From contig DBRS01000008.1 in the NCBI GenBank assembly GCA_002306085.1, positions 1 through 51,399 of the forward strand: a stretch of 51,399 bases of DNA. Reading direction: 5' to 3'. Each line of letters begins with the position of its first letter. Position 1 is the stretch's first letter. Below are positions 24,383 through 34,125 of this stretch, piece after piece. The stretch comes from Candidatus Moranbacteria bacterium UBA1362 (GTDB lineage Bacteria > Patescibacteriota > Minisyncoccia > Moranbacterales > GWC2-37-73). A model generated the notes under the pieces. The model made no database searches and had not been told where the DNA came from. It worked only from the letters and a program-made list of their open reading frames with translations. The translations under genes and the position numbers were made by a program.

Positions 24383-25537
24383 ATGGAAACGATAAAAATA
24401 CCAATAAAATCCCAAAAAACGATACTTGCACTCGGCGCGGAATCTGCCGGAAACTTTTCGGCATATCACAATGGCAGAATATGGTTTTCACAGGATTTCC
24501 AAGACTTGCTCGATGAAAAAAATTTCAAAAAATATTCGCGCAACTTGCAAAAATTTCTGAAAGACAATTTGCTTAAGCCCGACGTTGTCATTTCCGACTT
24601 TCATCCTGAATTTCGCACGACAGAACTCGCAAAGAAACTTTCCAAAAAATATGGCGCAACACATCTTTTTGTTCAGCATCATTTGGCTCACATTTTTTCT
24701 TCAATCGGTGATTGGATCATTTCAAAAAACCACCGACACCAAAAATTAAGCCCGGATTTTTTCGGAATCGCCTGCGACGGAACAGGGTACGGCGTGGACG
24801 GCAAAATTTGGGGAGGAGAAGTTTTTAAAATAAAAATTAAAAATGGCAAGCTGCAAACAGCAAGAATCGGTCACCTTGAAAATCAAACATTGATCGGAAG
24901 CGAAACTGCCATCAGAGAACCCGCACGCGTTCTTATTGCAATACTTTCAAAATTTCTTGATGAGGAAAAAATTTATGAAATTATAAAAAAGTATTACTCG
25001 CAAAAAGAATTCGATGTAATTTACCGGCAGCTTATGCAAAATTTCTACTGCATTGAGTCATCGGGCGCGGCGCGCGTTTTTGATGCGGTTTCGATCCTGC
25101 TCGGATTTTCAAAAAACGAAAGACTTTCAAAACATGCGCCGGCAAGGGCGCTCGAAAAAAACTCCACTTCTCCGTACAAACTCAAGCCCGTCACAGTATT
25201 TTCCAAAAAAGAAAAAGCGGCTGTCTTAAAAACCGCGCCGCTTTTCAAATTTCTGATAAAAAACATCAAAAAGGACAAGCGGAGACTTGCTGCGACTGCG
25301 CAAACATATGTTGCCGAAGGTCTTCTTGGGATTGCGGGCAAAAATCATCTTGTGTTTTTTTCCGGCGGAATGGCAAACAATATGATAATGCGAAAATTTT
25401 TTAAATCGCGCGGCGCGCATGTGAACGAAAAAATTCCCTGCTCGGACGCGGGAATTTCATTCGGACAAATAATCTTTCACCTGCTAGCAGATTCTCGGAA
25501 TCATTTTTCCGCCAGGCATCTCGATCGGGCGAAGTGA
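24383..25537 (+). CDS. hypF: HypF-like carbamoyltransferase, Kae1-like C-terminal domain only
   Basis: ILALGAE, DFHP, VQHHLAH, DGTGYGxDGxIWGGE and SDAGISFGQ; no acylphosphatase, zinc-finger or YrdC domain; start placed at ATG 24383. Confidence 0.85.
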   Translation: METIKIPIKSQKTILALGAESAGNFSAYHNGRIWFSQDFQDLLDEKNFKKYSRNLQKFLKDNLLKPDVVISDFHPEFRTTELAKKLSKKYGATHLFVQHHLAHIFSSIGDWIISKNHRHQKLSPDFFGIACDGTGYGVDGKIWGGEVFKIKIKNGKLQTARIGHLENQTLIGSETAIREPARVLIAILSKFLDEEKIYEIIKKYYSQKEFDVIYRQLMQNFYCIESSGAARVFDAVSILLGFSKNERLSKHAPARALEKNSTSPYKLKPVTVFSKKEKAAVLKTAPLFKFLIKNIKKDKRRLAATAQTYVAEGLLGIAGKNHLVFFSGGMANNMIMRKFFKSRGAHVNEKIPCSDAGISFGQIIFHLLADSRNHFSARHLDRAK

Positions 25538-26464
25538 GCCAAGCTCTGTTTTCAGAAAAACTCCTTTTCCCTTTTCCGCCCTTCCGATTATTTTCGCTTC
25601 ACGGTTGAACTTCCGGAGAATCTTCAAAACTTTGCCGGCATCTTTTCGGGAAAATGCCGCAATAAATCTTCCTTCCGACGCGAACGAAAAAACATCCAGC
25701 CCCAAAAGATCCGCCAATGCAAACGTCTCTTTTTTATAAGGAAGATTTTCTTCTTCAAGCACGATTTTCACATTTGACTTTTCAGCCATTTCGACAATGT
25801 TGGCAGCCAAACCTCCTCGGGTTGGATCTTTTGCGGCATGCGCGTATTTTGCCACGGCCGTCATCTCTTTGATTACAGGTTTTGAGTCCGTCTTGATTTT
25901 CGAACTATAGCCAAACCGGAAGCTGAGAAGCGCAACCGTGTGCTCGCCCAAATCACCGGAAGAAATGATTATATCTCCGGGCAAAACTCCATCATTTGAT
26001 ATAATCTTCTTTGCCAGGCCAACTCCGGCAGTCGTGATTTCGATTTTGTCTATTTTTCCCTTCTCAGTTACCTTAGTGTCGCCGGTTACTATCGGCACGC
26101 CTGTTTCTTTCGAAACCTTGCTTATGGATCTTATTATTTTCAGAAAATCATCCTTTGAAAATCCTTCCTCAATGATAATGCTAAGCGAAAGCCCTATCGG
26201 TTTTGCGCCCATAACAGCAAGATCGTTTATAGTTCCGCACGCGGCGATTTTCCCGATGTCCCCGCCGGGAAAAAAGATGGGATCAATAATGAAAGCATCA
26301 GTGGTAAACATGAGTTTCTGATCTCCCAAACCATAGGAAGCGGCATCATCTATGCAATGCTTCCACTTCTTGCAAAGCGGAAGAATTTTCCTTATCTCGC
26401 CAATAAGCTCAGCCGATTTAAGACCTCCTCCTCCCTGATCAAGTTCTATTTTTTGTGTATCCAT
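25484..26464 (-). CDS. hypE: Hydrogenase maturation protein HypE
   Basis: GGGG, FTTD, GDIGK...GTINDL, TGDTKV, KDPTRGG, and C-terminal PRIC. Confidence 0.96.
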   Translation of the reverse strand: MDTQKIELDQGGGGLKSAELIGEIRKILPLCKKWKHCIDDAASYGLGDQKLMFTTDAFIIDPIFFPGGDIGKIAACGTINDLAVMGAKPIGLSLSIIIEEGFSKDDFLKIIRSISKVSKETGVPIVTGDTKVTEKGKIDKIEITTAGVGLAKKIISNDGVLPGDIIISSGDLGEHTVALLSFRFGYSSKIKTDSKPVIKEMTAVAKYAHAAKDPTRGGLAANIVEMAEKSNVKIVLEEENLPYKKETFALADLLGLDVFSFASEGRFIAAFSRKDAGKVLKILRKFNREAKIIGRAEKGKGVFLKTELGSLRPIEMPGGKMIPRIC

Positions 26465-26467
26465 AAT

Positions 26468-27511
26468 TTATTTTAGGCTTCTAAATTTATACTCCACACT
26501 GCACGCGCCTTCCTGAGAAACCATACAGGGACCAAAAGGTTTCTTTGGAGTGCATGCTTTCGCAAACATTGGACACTTCTCCGGCGCCAGAAGCCCGCGA
26601 ATAATTTCCCCACATTTGCATCCGCTCTGCTCTTTTATTTTTGACGCGTCCATTTTTGCAATAACTCCTTTATGCACAATTTTCGCATTAAGTTTGGGAT
26701 CTTTCACCTCAAGTCCCGAGCGCGGAATCATGCCGAAGCCCCTCCATTTGGCATCCGAAATTGTGAAATATTTTGAAATAATTTTTTGCGCGACGAGATT
26801 TCCTTCTTCTTTCACCGCCCTTTTATATTCATTTTCCACCTCACGTCTTCCCTCCGCAATTTGCCTAAGCAGCATGTATATCCCGACAATTAGATCTTCT
26901 GTCTCAAAACCGGTAATAACTTGAGCCATTTTCATGCGCCGATAGGGCTCGATGCCGGCAATCGCGGAAACGTGTCCGGGACTTATGAAGCCGTCGATTT
27001 TCGTTTCATTCATTTCAAGCAGCGCTTCCATGGCAGGCAGAAAAAGCTTGTGCACGGAATATGTGATCAAACCTTCTTCTAAAGCCACCGCTGTCATCGG
27101 AGCAGTTGTGTCAAAACCTAGCCCGAAAAAAACAAGGTTGGGATGCTGCTTTCTAAGTCTTAGCGCATCTTCAACCGAATATACGGAAAAAACTTTCGCT
27201 CCAGCACTCCTTGCTTCTTCAAGGCTGCCGAAATTTCCCGGAACGCGAAGCATGTCGCCATACGTCGCAATCGGAATCCCTGAAAGGGCAAGATGCACCA
27301 CCATATCAATGTCTTCCTGCGCCGTGACGCATACCGGGCATCCGGGACCGGAAATCAATTTAATATTTTTAGGCAGAATATTTCTGATTCCCTTCTCGCT
27401 TATAGCTTGCGTGTGAGTTCCGCAAACTTCCATCAAAACAACGTCCCTGCCGATTTCGGCAGCAGTATTTTTGATTTTTTCAATAAGAGGATTAATTGAT
27501 TTTCTTTTCAT
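26468..27511 (-). CDS. hypD: Hydrogenase maturation protein HypD
   Basis: MEVCGTHT, GPGCPVC, GHVS and GPCMVSxEGAC; start placed at ATG 27511. Confidence 0.96.
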   Translation of the reverse strand: MKRKSINPLIEKIKNTAAEIGRDVVLMEVCGTHTQAISEKGIRNILPKNIKLISGPGCPVCVTAQEDIDMVVHLALSGIPIATYGDMLRVPGNFGSLEEARSAGAKVFSVYSVEDALRLRKQHPNLVFFGLGFDTTAPMTAVALEEGLITYSVHKLFLPAMEALLEMNETKIDGFISPGHVSAIAGIEPYRRMKMAQVITGFETEDLIVGIYMLLRQIAEGRREVENEYKRAVKEEGNLVAQKIISKYFTISDAKWRGFGMIPRSGLEVKDPKLNAKIVHKGVIAKMDASKIKEQSGCKCGEIIRGLLAPEKCPMFAKACTPKKPFGPCMVSQEGACSVEYKFRSLK

Positions 27512-27704
27512 ATTCTTTGAGAACTTCCCACGCGTCTTCTTTTGAAAGTATCTGTATCGCAAATCCGGCATGCACAATCACGAAATCACCCGCTTTTGCA
27601 TCGGAAGTTAGTGATATGTTGATTTCTTTTCTAATCCCGTCAAAATCAGCAACCGCTTGCCGTCCGCTGACGCTGATTATTTTTCCGGGAAACGCAAGAC
27701 ACAT
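27492..27704 (-). CDS. hypC: Hydrogenase maturation protein HypC
   Basis: N-terminal MCLAFPG and VIVHAGFAI; start at ATG 27704. Confidence 0.96.
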   Translation of the reverse strand: MCLAFPGKIISVSGRQAVADFDGIRKEINISLTSDAKAGDFVIVHAGFAIQILSKEDAWEVLKEYEKKIN

Positions 27705-27830
27705 ATGCGAGCGCAAATCAATTATTATCTTAATATTATACCAAAAAACAAAAGCCGCAAAAATTGCGGCATGGATTTTAAACTTTATGCACCAAAAAAT
27801 TTTGTTGACAAATATTTTTGCAAATGATGT

Positions 27831-28694
27831 TTAAGCCTTTCCTTCGCTGCCAAAAAAACGAATTTTTTCCTTCACGGAATTTTTCACCGCTTTCCTGGCA
27901 TCTCCGAGCAGCTTCCTTATATCAAAAGATATGTCGTTTTGCGCGCGCACCGCTTTCACAAGACTATTCACAAAAGCAAGTCTTATCGACGTATCAACAT
28001 TAAAACAGCAAACTCCTCTCTTGATGACTTCAACTACTCTTCCGTTTTCCCAATCAGACGCGCCGTGCAAAATTAGCGGAATGGAAACTCTTTTGCGTAT
28101 TTCTTCAAGCCTTTTATAATCAGGTTCTTTTCTTTCCTTGAAAAATCCATGCGCATTGCCTATCGCGACTGCAAGCGCGTCTATTCCCGTTTCCGAAACG
28201 AATCTTTCTGCTTCCTCCGGATCTGTCATATATTCGTCCCAATCAATATCGCCCATTCCCGTTTCGCCAAGATACGGCACGCTTCCAAGTTCTCCCTGAA
28301 CCGCCATACCTCTTTTATGGCAAAATTCGACAACTTCTTTGGTCACGGAAACATTGTCCACAAAGATCTTGCGCGATCCGTCATACATGACGGACGGAAA
28401 GCCTATTTCAGCACAGCGCTCAATAATCTCAACACTCTTGCCGTGATCAAGATGGATTCCAATCGGAATTTCGGGTGCATAGAATTCGGCGGAATTTTTG
28501 ACCAGATTAAATATCGCCCTTCCACCGGCGTATTCCATAGTTTTTTCCGTGATCTGCACTATCACAGGAGATTTCATTTCATTGGCCGCGTCAATAATGG
28601 CCCTTGTGGTCTCAAGGTTTGTAGTATTGAAAGCTCCAACGGCATAGCCGCCCTTTTGGGCATTTTCCAAAATTTCTTTTACGGAAGTTATCAT
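27831..28694 (-). CDS. fba: Class II fructose-bisphosphate aldolase
   Basis: AVGAFN, HLDHG, SVMYDGS, AIGNAHG, LHGAS and NVDT. Confidence 0.94.
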   Translation of the reverse strand: MITSVKEILENAQKGGYAVGAFNTTNLETTRAIIDAANEMKSPVIVQITEKTMEYAGGRAIFNLVKNSAEFYAPEIPIGIHLDHGKSVEIIERCAEIGFPSVMYDGSRKIFVDNVSVTKEVVEFCHKRGMAVQGELGSVPYLGETGMGDIDWDEYMTDPEEAERFVSETGIDALAVAIGNAHGFFKERKEPDYKRLEEIRKRVSIPLILHGASDWENGRVVEVIKRGVCCFNVDTSIRLAFVNSLVKAVRAQNDISFDIRKLLGDARKAVKNSVKEKIRFFGSEGKA

Positions 28695-28822
28695 AATATA
28701 TCGATGCGAGACATTGCGGACAAGCAAGCGTGTTCGGGTTCGCTAATTATTTTTATAAATTTATTCGTCAATTCTCATGTTTGCCGGCAGGCGAAAATGT
28801 TATTTGCGGATTGGAATTGAGT

Positions 28823-29599
28823 TTAATTTTTGCCAATTGCCTCCGCTATCTTTGCAAATTGAAAAGGCGCAAGACTCTCTTTGCCAACCAACGCCCCGTC
28901 CATCGCGGAATCAACACACGATTCTTCCACATTGGCGGACGAAACCGAACCCCCGTATATTATTCTCACTTTTTCCACAAGCTTCGCTCCGAAATTATCC
29001 ACGATGAATTTTTTCATAAGAAGTTTCGCCGTCATTATTTCGTTCGATGTCGGAAGATGGTCGGGATTATTGGTACTGATTGCCCAAACCGGTTCATAAC
29101 AGACGATGATCTTTTCCATTTGGACAGAGTTTATATTCTTGAAACACCCCTTAAGTTGCCTAAAGACCGCCTCTTCGCCTTTTCCAGATTTCTTTTCTCC
29201 GGCATTTTCGCCTATGCAAACGATCGGCGTCAAACCGCTTTTCAGCGCAAGTATTATTTTTCGGTTTATCTGTTCGTCCGTATCATGAAAATATTTTCTT
29301 CTGTCGCTATGCCCGAGAATAACATAATCCGCTCCCGCACTTTTTGCCATCGGCGCCGAAACTTCGCCGGTGAACGGTCCCTTTTCCTCTTGAAAAATAT
29401 TTTGCACTCCGACAAAAAAATTCTTCATTTTTATATTTTTTTTGAAACTTTCAACATGAACAAACGGCGGGCAAAGAACGATTTCAACGTTTTCAACTTT
29501 CCTTTTCCTAAATTCTTCCTTGAGTGACGCAAAATATCTTTCGCGTTCCGCCAAAGTAAGTATGTTCATTTTGATATTGGCCGCAACAAGCTTATTCAT
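28823..29599 (-). CDS. tpiA: Triosephosphate isomerase
   Basis: ANxKMN, ILGHSDRR, YEPVWAI and YGGSV; start placed at ATG 29599. Confidence 0.95.
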   Translation of the reverse strand: MNKLVAANIKMNILTLAERERYFASLKEEFRKRKVENVEIVLCPPFVHVESFKKNIKMKNFFVGVQNIFQEEKGPFTGEVSAPMAKSAGADYVILGHSDRRKYFHDTDEQINRKIILALKSGLTPIVCIGENAGEKKSGKGEEAVFRQLKGCFKNINSVQMEKIIVCYEPVWAISTNNPDHLPTSNEIMTAKLLMKKFIVDNFGAKLVEKVRIIYGGSVSSANVEESCVDSAMDGALVGKESLAPFQFAKIAEAIGKN

Positions 29600-30257
29600 A
29601 TTTTTTTTGAGCGCTTTGCGCGCCAGATTTTTCATCTTTTTCGTTCTTTTTTATGTTCAAATGCCTTTTCACAAACCACACCAAACCAATCAAAATTAAC
29701 GCGCCGATCACCAAATCAAACTTATGAAAATACACGCCAAGCGTATTCCAGTTTTCTCCGAGCTTCTTTCCGATATAAGCAAGAAAATAGCAAAAAGGCA
29801 ATGAACCAAAGAAGGTATAGATGACAAATTTTGGAAAATTCATTCTGGCAATTCCGGCAGGAAGCGATATAAATGTTCTTACAACCGGAAGAAGTCTTGA
29901 GACAAACACCGCCGTATTTCCATATTTTTGGAAAAATCTGTCCGCAAGATCCAAATCATGCTTTGTAATCAAGACATATTTGCCGTATTTTTCAATAAAC
30001 GGTCTTCCGCCCCAGATTCCAACCCAATATGCCAAAACCGAGCCCAGCACGCAACCGACGGCTCCGGCAAAAGAAACCCAAAAGAGAGAAAATTCTCCTG
30101 TATGAACCAGATATCCGGCAAAAGGCATGATAATCTCCGACGGAAGAGGTATGCATGCGCTTTCAATTGCCATCATAAGAACGACCCCGCTATAGCCCAG
30201 CATGGAGATCGACGCTATAATGAAAGTCGCCAATATTTCTATAATTGTTGTGATCAT
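29592..30257 (-). CDS. DedA family membrane protein
   Basis: ESACIPLPSEIIMPFAG and RLLPVVRTFISLPAG. Confidence 0.93.
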   Translation of the reverse strand: MITTIIEILATFIIASISMLGYSGVVLMMAIESACIPLPSEIIMPFAGYLVHTGEFSLFWVSFAGAVGCVLGSVLAYWVGIWGGRPFIEKYGKYVLITKHDLDLADRFFQKYGNTAVFVSRLLPVVRTFISLPAGIARMNFPKFVIYTFFGSLPFCYFLAYIGKKLGENWNTLGVYFHKFDLVIGALILIGLVWFVKRHLNIKKNEKDEKSGAQSAQKKYE

Positions 30258-30274
30258 GTGTTAAATTTCTTTCC

Positions 30275-31294
30275 TTAAAGTTGCTTTCTGAGATATTCAG
30301 CCGCCACCTCAGGTTGGATTGTTGAAACCTCTATTCCCGTGTCGAGCTCGAACCCCGCCCACGTCGCAGTATGAGGGAGTATTTCTATATGCCAGTGATA
30401 GTGCGGATAATCCTTGCCATCGCACGGAGAGCTATGAATATAAAAATTATACGGGGGATCATTGAGGGCTTTGTATACAGAATTCAAAGCTTTCTGAAAA
30501 ACTTCCGCAAGCTTGATTTTCTGCTTATCGGTAATCCTTTCAAAATACGGACTGTGTTTCTTTGGCATCACCCACACCTCGAACGCCGCTCGCGAAGCAA
30601 ACGGGCAGAATGCTATGAAATCCTCGTTTTCAAAAACAACCCGCTTTTTTTCTTTGCTTTCATATTCAGCCATCACACAAAACACGCAGTGTCTGTTGCT
30701 TCTGTGATACTTTTTCGCGCCATCGAGCTCAAGCTTGATATACGGAGCCACGACGGGAATAGCCATTAGTTGCGAATGCGGATGCGGGATTGACGCTCCG
30801 CATTCCTTTCCGTGATTGTGAAATATTGCGATATAGTTCACATTCTTTTTATTCATAAGGTCGAGATACCTGTCCTGATACGCATCAAAAACTTCCGCAA
30901 CTTCCATGGCATCCATAAGCGCAAGCTGTCTCCAGTGATCGCGGGTTACGATAACTTCGTGGTATCCATTTCCGGGCATTGCGTAATACGGACCTTCGGA
31001 AATATCTTCCTTTGAGCCTCCGTCAAAAGCCGGGTATTTGTTTGGGAAAACCCTGAGAGTCCATTCTCCGTCCGACCTATGATAGATCAGGACGTCTTTC
31101 TTTTGCCCGGTCGCAACAGGATCTTCAAACAGGCATTCCTCAATTCCTTTGTCATCTTTGATCCGTTCGGTTTTGGCAAAATCGTCCGGGCGCTTGGCGC
31201 GTCCCGTGGCGATCACCACCCAGTCGCCGGAAACAATGTCCTGCCTGAGTTCGGAAACGGCTTCTTTTTTTTCTTTATTTTTATTTTCTTCCAT
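30275..31294 (-). CDS. galT: Galactose-1-phosphate uridylyltransferase
   Basis: RAKRP, RVFPNKYPA and active site HPHSQ; start placed at ATG 31294. Confidence 0.93.
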   Translation of the reverse strand: MEENKNKEKKEAVSELRQDIVSGDWVVIATGRAKRPDDFAKTERIKDDKGIEECLFEDPVATGQKKDVLIYHRSDGEWTLRVFPNKYPAFDGGSKEDISEGPYYAMPGNGYHEVIVTRDHWRQLALMDAMEVAEVFDAYQDRYLDLMNKKNVNYIAIFHNHGKECGASIPHPHSQLMAIPVVAPYIKLELDGAKKYHRSNRHCVFCVMAEYESKEKKRVVFENEDFIAFCPFASRAAFEVWVMPKKHSPYFERITDKQKIKLAEVFQKALNSVYKALNDPPYNFYIHSSPCDGKDYPHYHWHIEILPHTATWAGFELDTGIEVSTIQPEVAAEYLRKQL

Positions 31295-31344
31295 ACTATG
31301 GATTTGAAAAATCAAACCAAAACTGTTCCCTTTCTTTTCCCAAT

Positions 31345-32136
31345 TTACTGCTGCCCAACCACCTGATCGGTCTTCACCGAATTTATTTTCTCTATATTGT
31401 ATTTACCGGTAATAAGTCTCCATTTCGTTTTAAAAAGATCGATAAGCACCTGAATGAATCCATTCGGACCGGTAAGCCTTACTGTCGAGCCTTCTTCATT
31501 CATCCATCTAACCGGCAACTGTTTTATTTTAAATCCGAGTTTCTCGGCAAGCACTATAAGTTCAAAATCGAATCCGAACCTGTCCACAACCATTCTTTTG
31601 GCAATTTCATGCGCGGCTTTCCTCGTGAGCATCTTGAAACCGCATTGCGTGTCAGGATAGCTCCATAGACCCAGAACAATTCTGATGAGCCAGTTTCCCC
31701 CTTCTCCCATGATTTCCCTGTATTTGGGCTGATGAATCTGAATAAAAGCTCCCTTAATCTTGCGCGATCCTACAAGCACTTCGGCATTTCCGTTTTCAAG
31801 TTCTGGCAAAAATTTTTCAACATGAGTGATCGAAGTTGATCCGTCGGCATCCAGAAACACGGCGTATTTTCCCTTTGATTCCAAAAGTCCCTGGCGTATA
31901 ACGTAGCCTTTCCCATGATTGACTTCGTTATTAATGACGCGCAGATTTTTTACTTGTCCGGAATAGTTTCTGGCAATTTCCGCGGTATTATCCGGTGAGC
32001 CGTCAACTACAACGATGATTTCATAGTCAAAATTTTTGCTGGACAGGAAATTTTGTATTTCCAAAAGATTATGTCCGATGCGTTCCCCTTCTTTATAAGC
32101 GGGGATGATTACTGACAAATAAGGATTATTTTCCAT
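31345..32136 (-). CDS. GT2 polyprenol/dolichyl-phosphate glycosyltransferase
   Basis: SVIIPAY, DGSPD, GKG, DADGS, DTQCGFK and FGFDFE. Confidence 0.9.
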   Translation of the reverse strand: MENNPYLSVIIPAYKEGERIGHNLLEIQNFLSSKNFDYEIIVVVDGSPDNTAEIARNYSGQVKNLRVINNEVNHGKGYVIRQGLLESKGKYAVFLDADGSTSITHVEKFLPELENGNAEVLVGSRKIKGAFIQIHQPKYREIMGEGGNWLIRIVLGLWSYPDTQCGFKMLTRKAAHEIAKRMVVDRFGFDFELIVLAEKLGFKIKQLPVRWMNEEGSTVRLTGPNGFIQVLIDLFKTKWRLITGKYNIEKINSVKTDQVVGQQ

Positions 32137-32281
32137 TGGTTTTTTGTTATTGCTATTTATTATTCTTACACTTAAAATCGCCTGCTTTCAGGTTATTATC
32201 ATTATATCATAGACTGTAGAATTTACCATATTTGACAACAAGTCCGCCATTTATCCCCTACCTCATGTCCCTTACCCCTCG

Positions 32282-32719
32282 TCACTTGTCACTACCACTT
32301 TTATCCAGCCAGCTTTGCAATATAATTCTTGCCGCCTCTTGATCATCACTTTTGGCAATATTCTTTTTGCCGCGCTTTTTGATGTTATCCTGGGCCATTT
32401 TCGTCGTAAACATCTCCTCTTCATATTCCACCTTTATTTTCAAGGCCTGAGCAATTCTTTTGCCGAATTTTTTTGCCGCATGAATTTCATTGTTGGCCTT
32501 AAATGTCGGAACGCCTATCACTATTGTTTTCACGTTTTCGCACCCGACGATCTCCTTAAGATTTTTCAAAAATTCCCTGTCATTGGCAAGCGTGTCAAAG
32601 GCAAACGCGATTTTTGTCTCCTCATCGGCAATTGCGACTCCTATTTTCGCCTCTCCAAAATCAAGCCCTAAAATTGTGCTTATTTTAGCTATTTTTGACG
32701 ATGGTATTGACTTTTTCAT
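32282..32719 (-). CDS. ruvX: RuvX/YqgF family nuclease (pre-16S rRNA maturation)
   Basis: LGLDFG-x2-KIGVAIAD, EEMFTT and D-x2-AA-x2-ILQ. Confidence 0.92.
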   Translation of the reverse strand: MKKSIPSSKIAKISTILGLDFGEAKIGVAIADEETKIAFAFDTLANDREFLKNLKEIVGCENVKTIVIGVPTFKANNEIHAAKKFGKRIAQALKIKVEYEEEMFTTKMAQDNIKKRGKKNIAKSDDQEAARIILQSWLDKSGSDK

Positions 32720-32774
32720 AGAAATATGATATCATTAAAAGTTAGTACAATTGTTCTTTACGAAGGAGGAATTC

Positions 32775-33179
32775 ATGAAAAAACTGTTTCTAGAGGTACT
32801 TGCAATACTTTCCGTTATTACAATACTGTATGCTATTGGTGATTTAACGGTTTCGGCATATAAAGAAAGATGTACAGATAAAAGACCGCTGGTCAGTGTG
32901 GAGGAAATAAATTTTACTCCCGAGCACTATATCAGAAAAGGCGATTACATGCACATCAACGAAGATGTATGGCACTCAAAAATTTACCAGGATTTCCGTA
33001 ATGGCATAAGCGACAAGTGGGTTACCGAGTATAAGTATGTATACAAGCTAAAGAAGAACACGGTACGAAACTTCAGCAGAGTCGCTTACCGCAACGCACA
33101 TCCAAATGATGCAGTGGACAAATGGGTAATTTTTTCAAATAACCTTCCTGATCCGAAAGATTTTAGAATAGAGCAGTAA
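32775..33179 (+). CDS. Hypothetical exported or membrane-anchored protein
   Basis: SD AAGGAGG before ATG 32775, N-terminal hydrophobic helix, own terminator; lies opposite to all neighbours. Confidence 0.7.
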   Translation: MKKLFLEVLAILSVITILYAIGDLTVSAYKERCTDKRPLVSVEEINFTPEHYIRKGDYMHINEDVWHSKIYQDFRNGISDKWVTEYKYVYKLKKNTVRNFSRVAYRNAHPNDAVDKWVIFSNNLPDPKDFRIEQ

Positions 33180-33214
33180 TTTGTGATTTTGGAAACATAT
33201 TCCTCCCTCTCTTG

Positions 33215-33252
33215 ACCCCTAGCTGGCGAAACTTTGCCGGCTAGGGGTTTTA
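33215..33252 (+). terminator. Intrinsic terminator
   Basis: ACCCCTAGC-TGGCGAAACTTTGCCG-GCTAGGGGT-TTT. Confidence 0.8.
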
Positions 33253-33325
33253 ATTTTTCAAATTCTCACAAAGTTTATTTATCTTCAGGAATATCAAATA
33301 CCAAATACATTCTACATGATACGTG

Positions 33326-34090
33326 CTACACGGTAAGCACTTCTACTCCGTTTTTTGTAACCGCGATTGTGTTTTCATAATGCGCAGACAAAGAACCGTC
33401 GGCGGTCTTAAACACCCAACCATCGCTTCCTACCGTTGTCTCATAGCTCCCCGCATTAATCATCGGTTCAATGGCAAATGTCATTCCGGATTTTAAATTT
33501 ATTTCCCTAAAATATTTTTCATTATAGTTGGGAATTTGCGGATCTTCGTGAAGTTTTTTTCCGATGCCATGGCCCACAAGATCCCGCACCACTGAAAAAC
33601 CGGCCGCGCTGGCAACTTTTTCCGCCACCCTCGAATATTCGCTAAGTTTCGCGCCCTCTTTCATTTTCTTCACGCCTTTCCAGAAACACTTCTCCGCCGT
33701 TTCGGAAAGTTTTTTAGCTTCTTTGCTAATCTTGCCGACCGGAAAAGTTCTTGCCATGTCTGAAAAATACCCGTCAATCTCTATTCCTATGTCAACTTTC
33801 AAAATATCTCCTTCCTTCAGGATACGCGTGGCGCTGGGAATCCCATGAACGATTTCATCATTCAGAGAAGCGCAGATTGTTGCCGGAAAAGGATTTCTTT
33901 TCCCGCCATATCCCTTAAAAGCGGCTTTTCCTCCATGCGCAAAAACAAGCTCTTCCGCGAGCTTGTCCAACCTCATCGTGTCTACGCCGGGCTTTACTTC
34001 TCTTTGAATCTCACGCATTATTTCAGCCAGAATCTTGCCGGCTCTTCGCATTTTTTTCAATTCCGATTCGTTTTTTATTGGAATATGCAT
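33326..34090 (-). CDS. map: Type I methionine aminopeptidase
   Basis: SLNDEIVHGIP, D...D, GHGIG, EPM and SAHYENT. Confidence 0.97.
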   Translation of the reverse strand: MHIPIKNESELKKMRRAGKILAEIMREIQREVKPGVDTMRLDKLAEELVFAHGGKAAFKGYGGKRNPFPATICASLNDEIVHGIPSATRILKEGDILKVDIGIEIDGYFSDMARTFPVGKISKEAKKLSETAEKCFWKGVKKMKEGAKLSEYSRVAEKVASAAGFSVVRDLVGHGIGKKLHEDPQIPNYNEKYFREINLKSGMTFAIEPMINAGSYETTVGSDGWVFKTADGSLSAHYENTIAVTKNGVEVLTV

Positions 34091-34125
34091 AATTTTAACA
34101 ATTTCAAATATAGCATAATTTTCGA

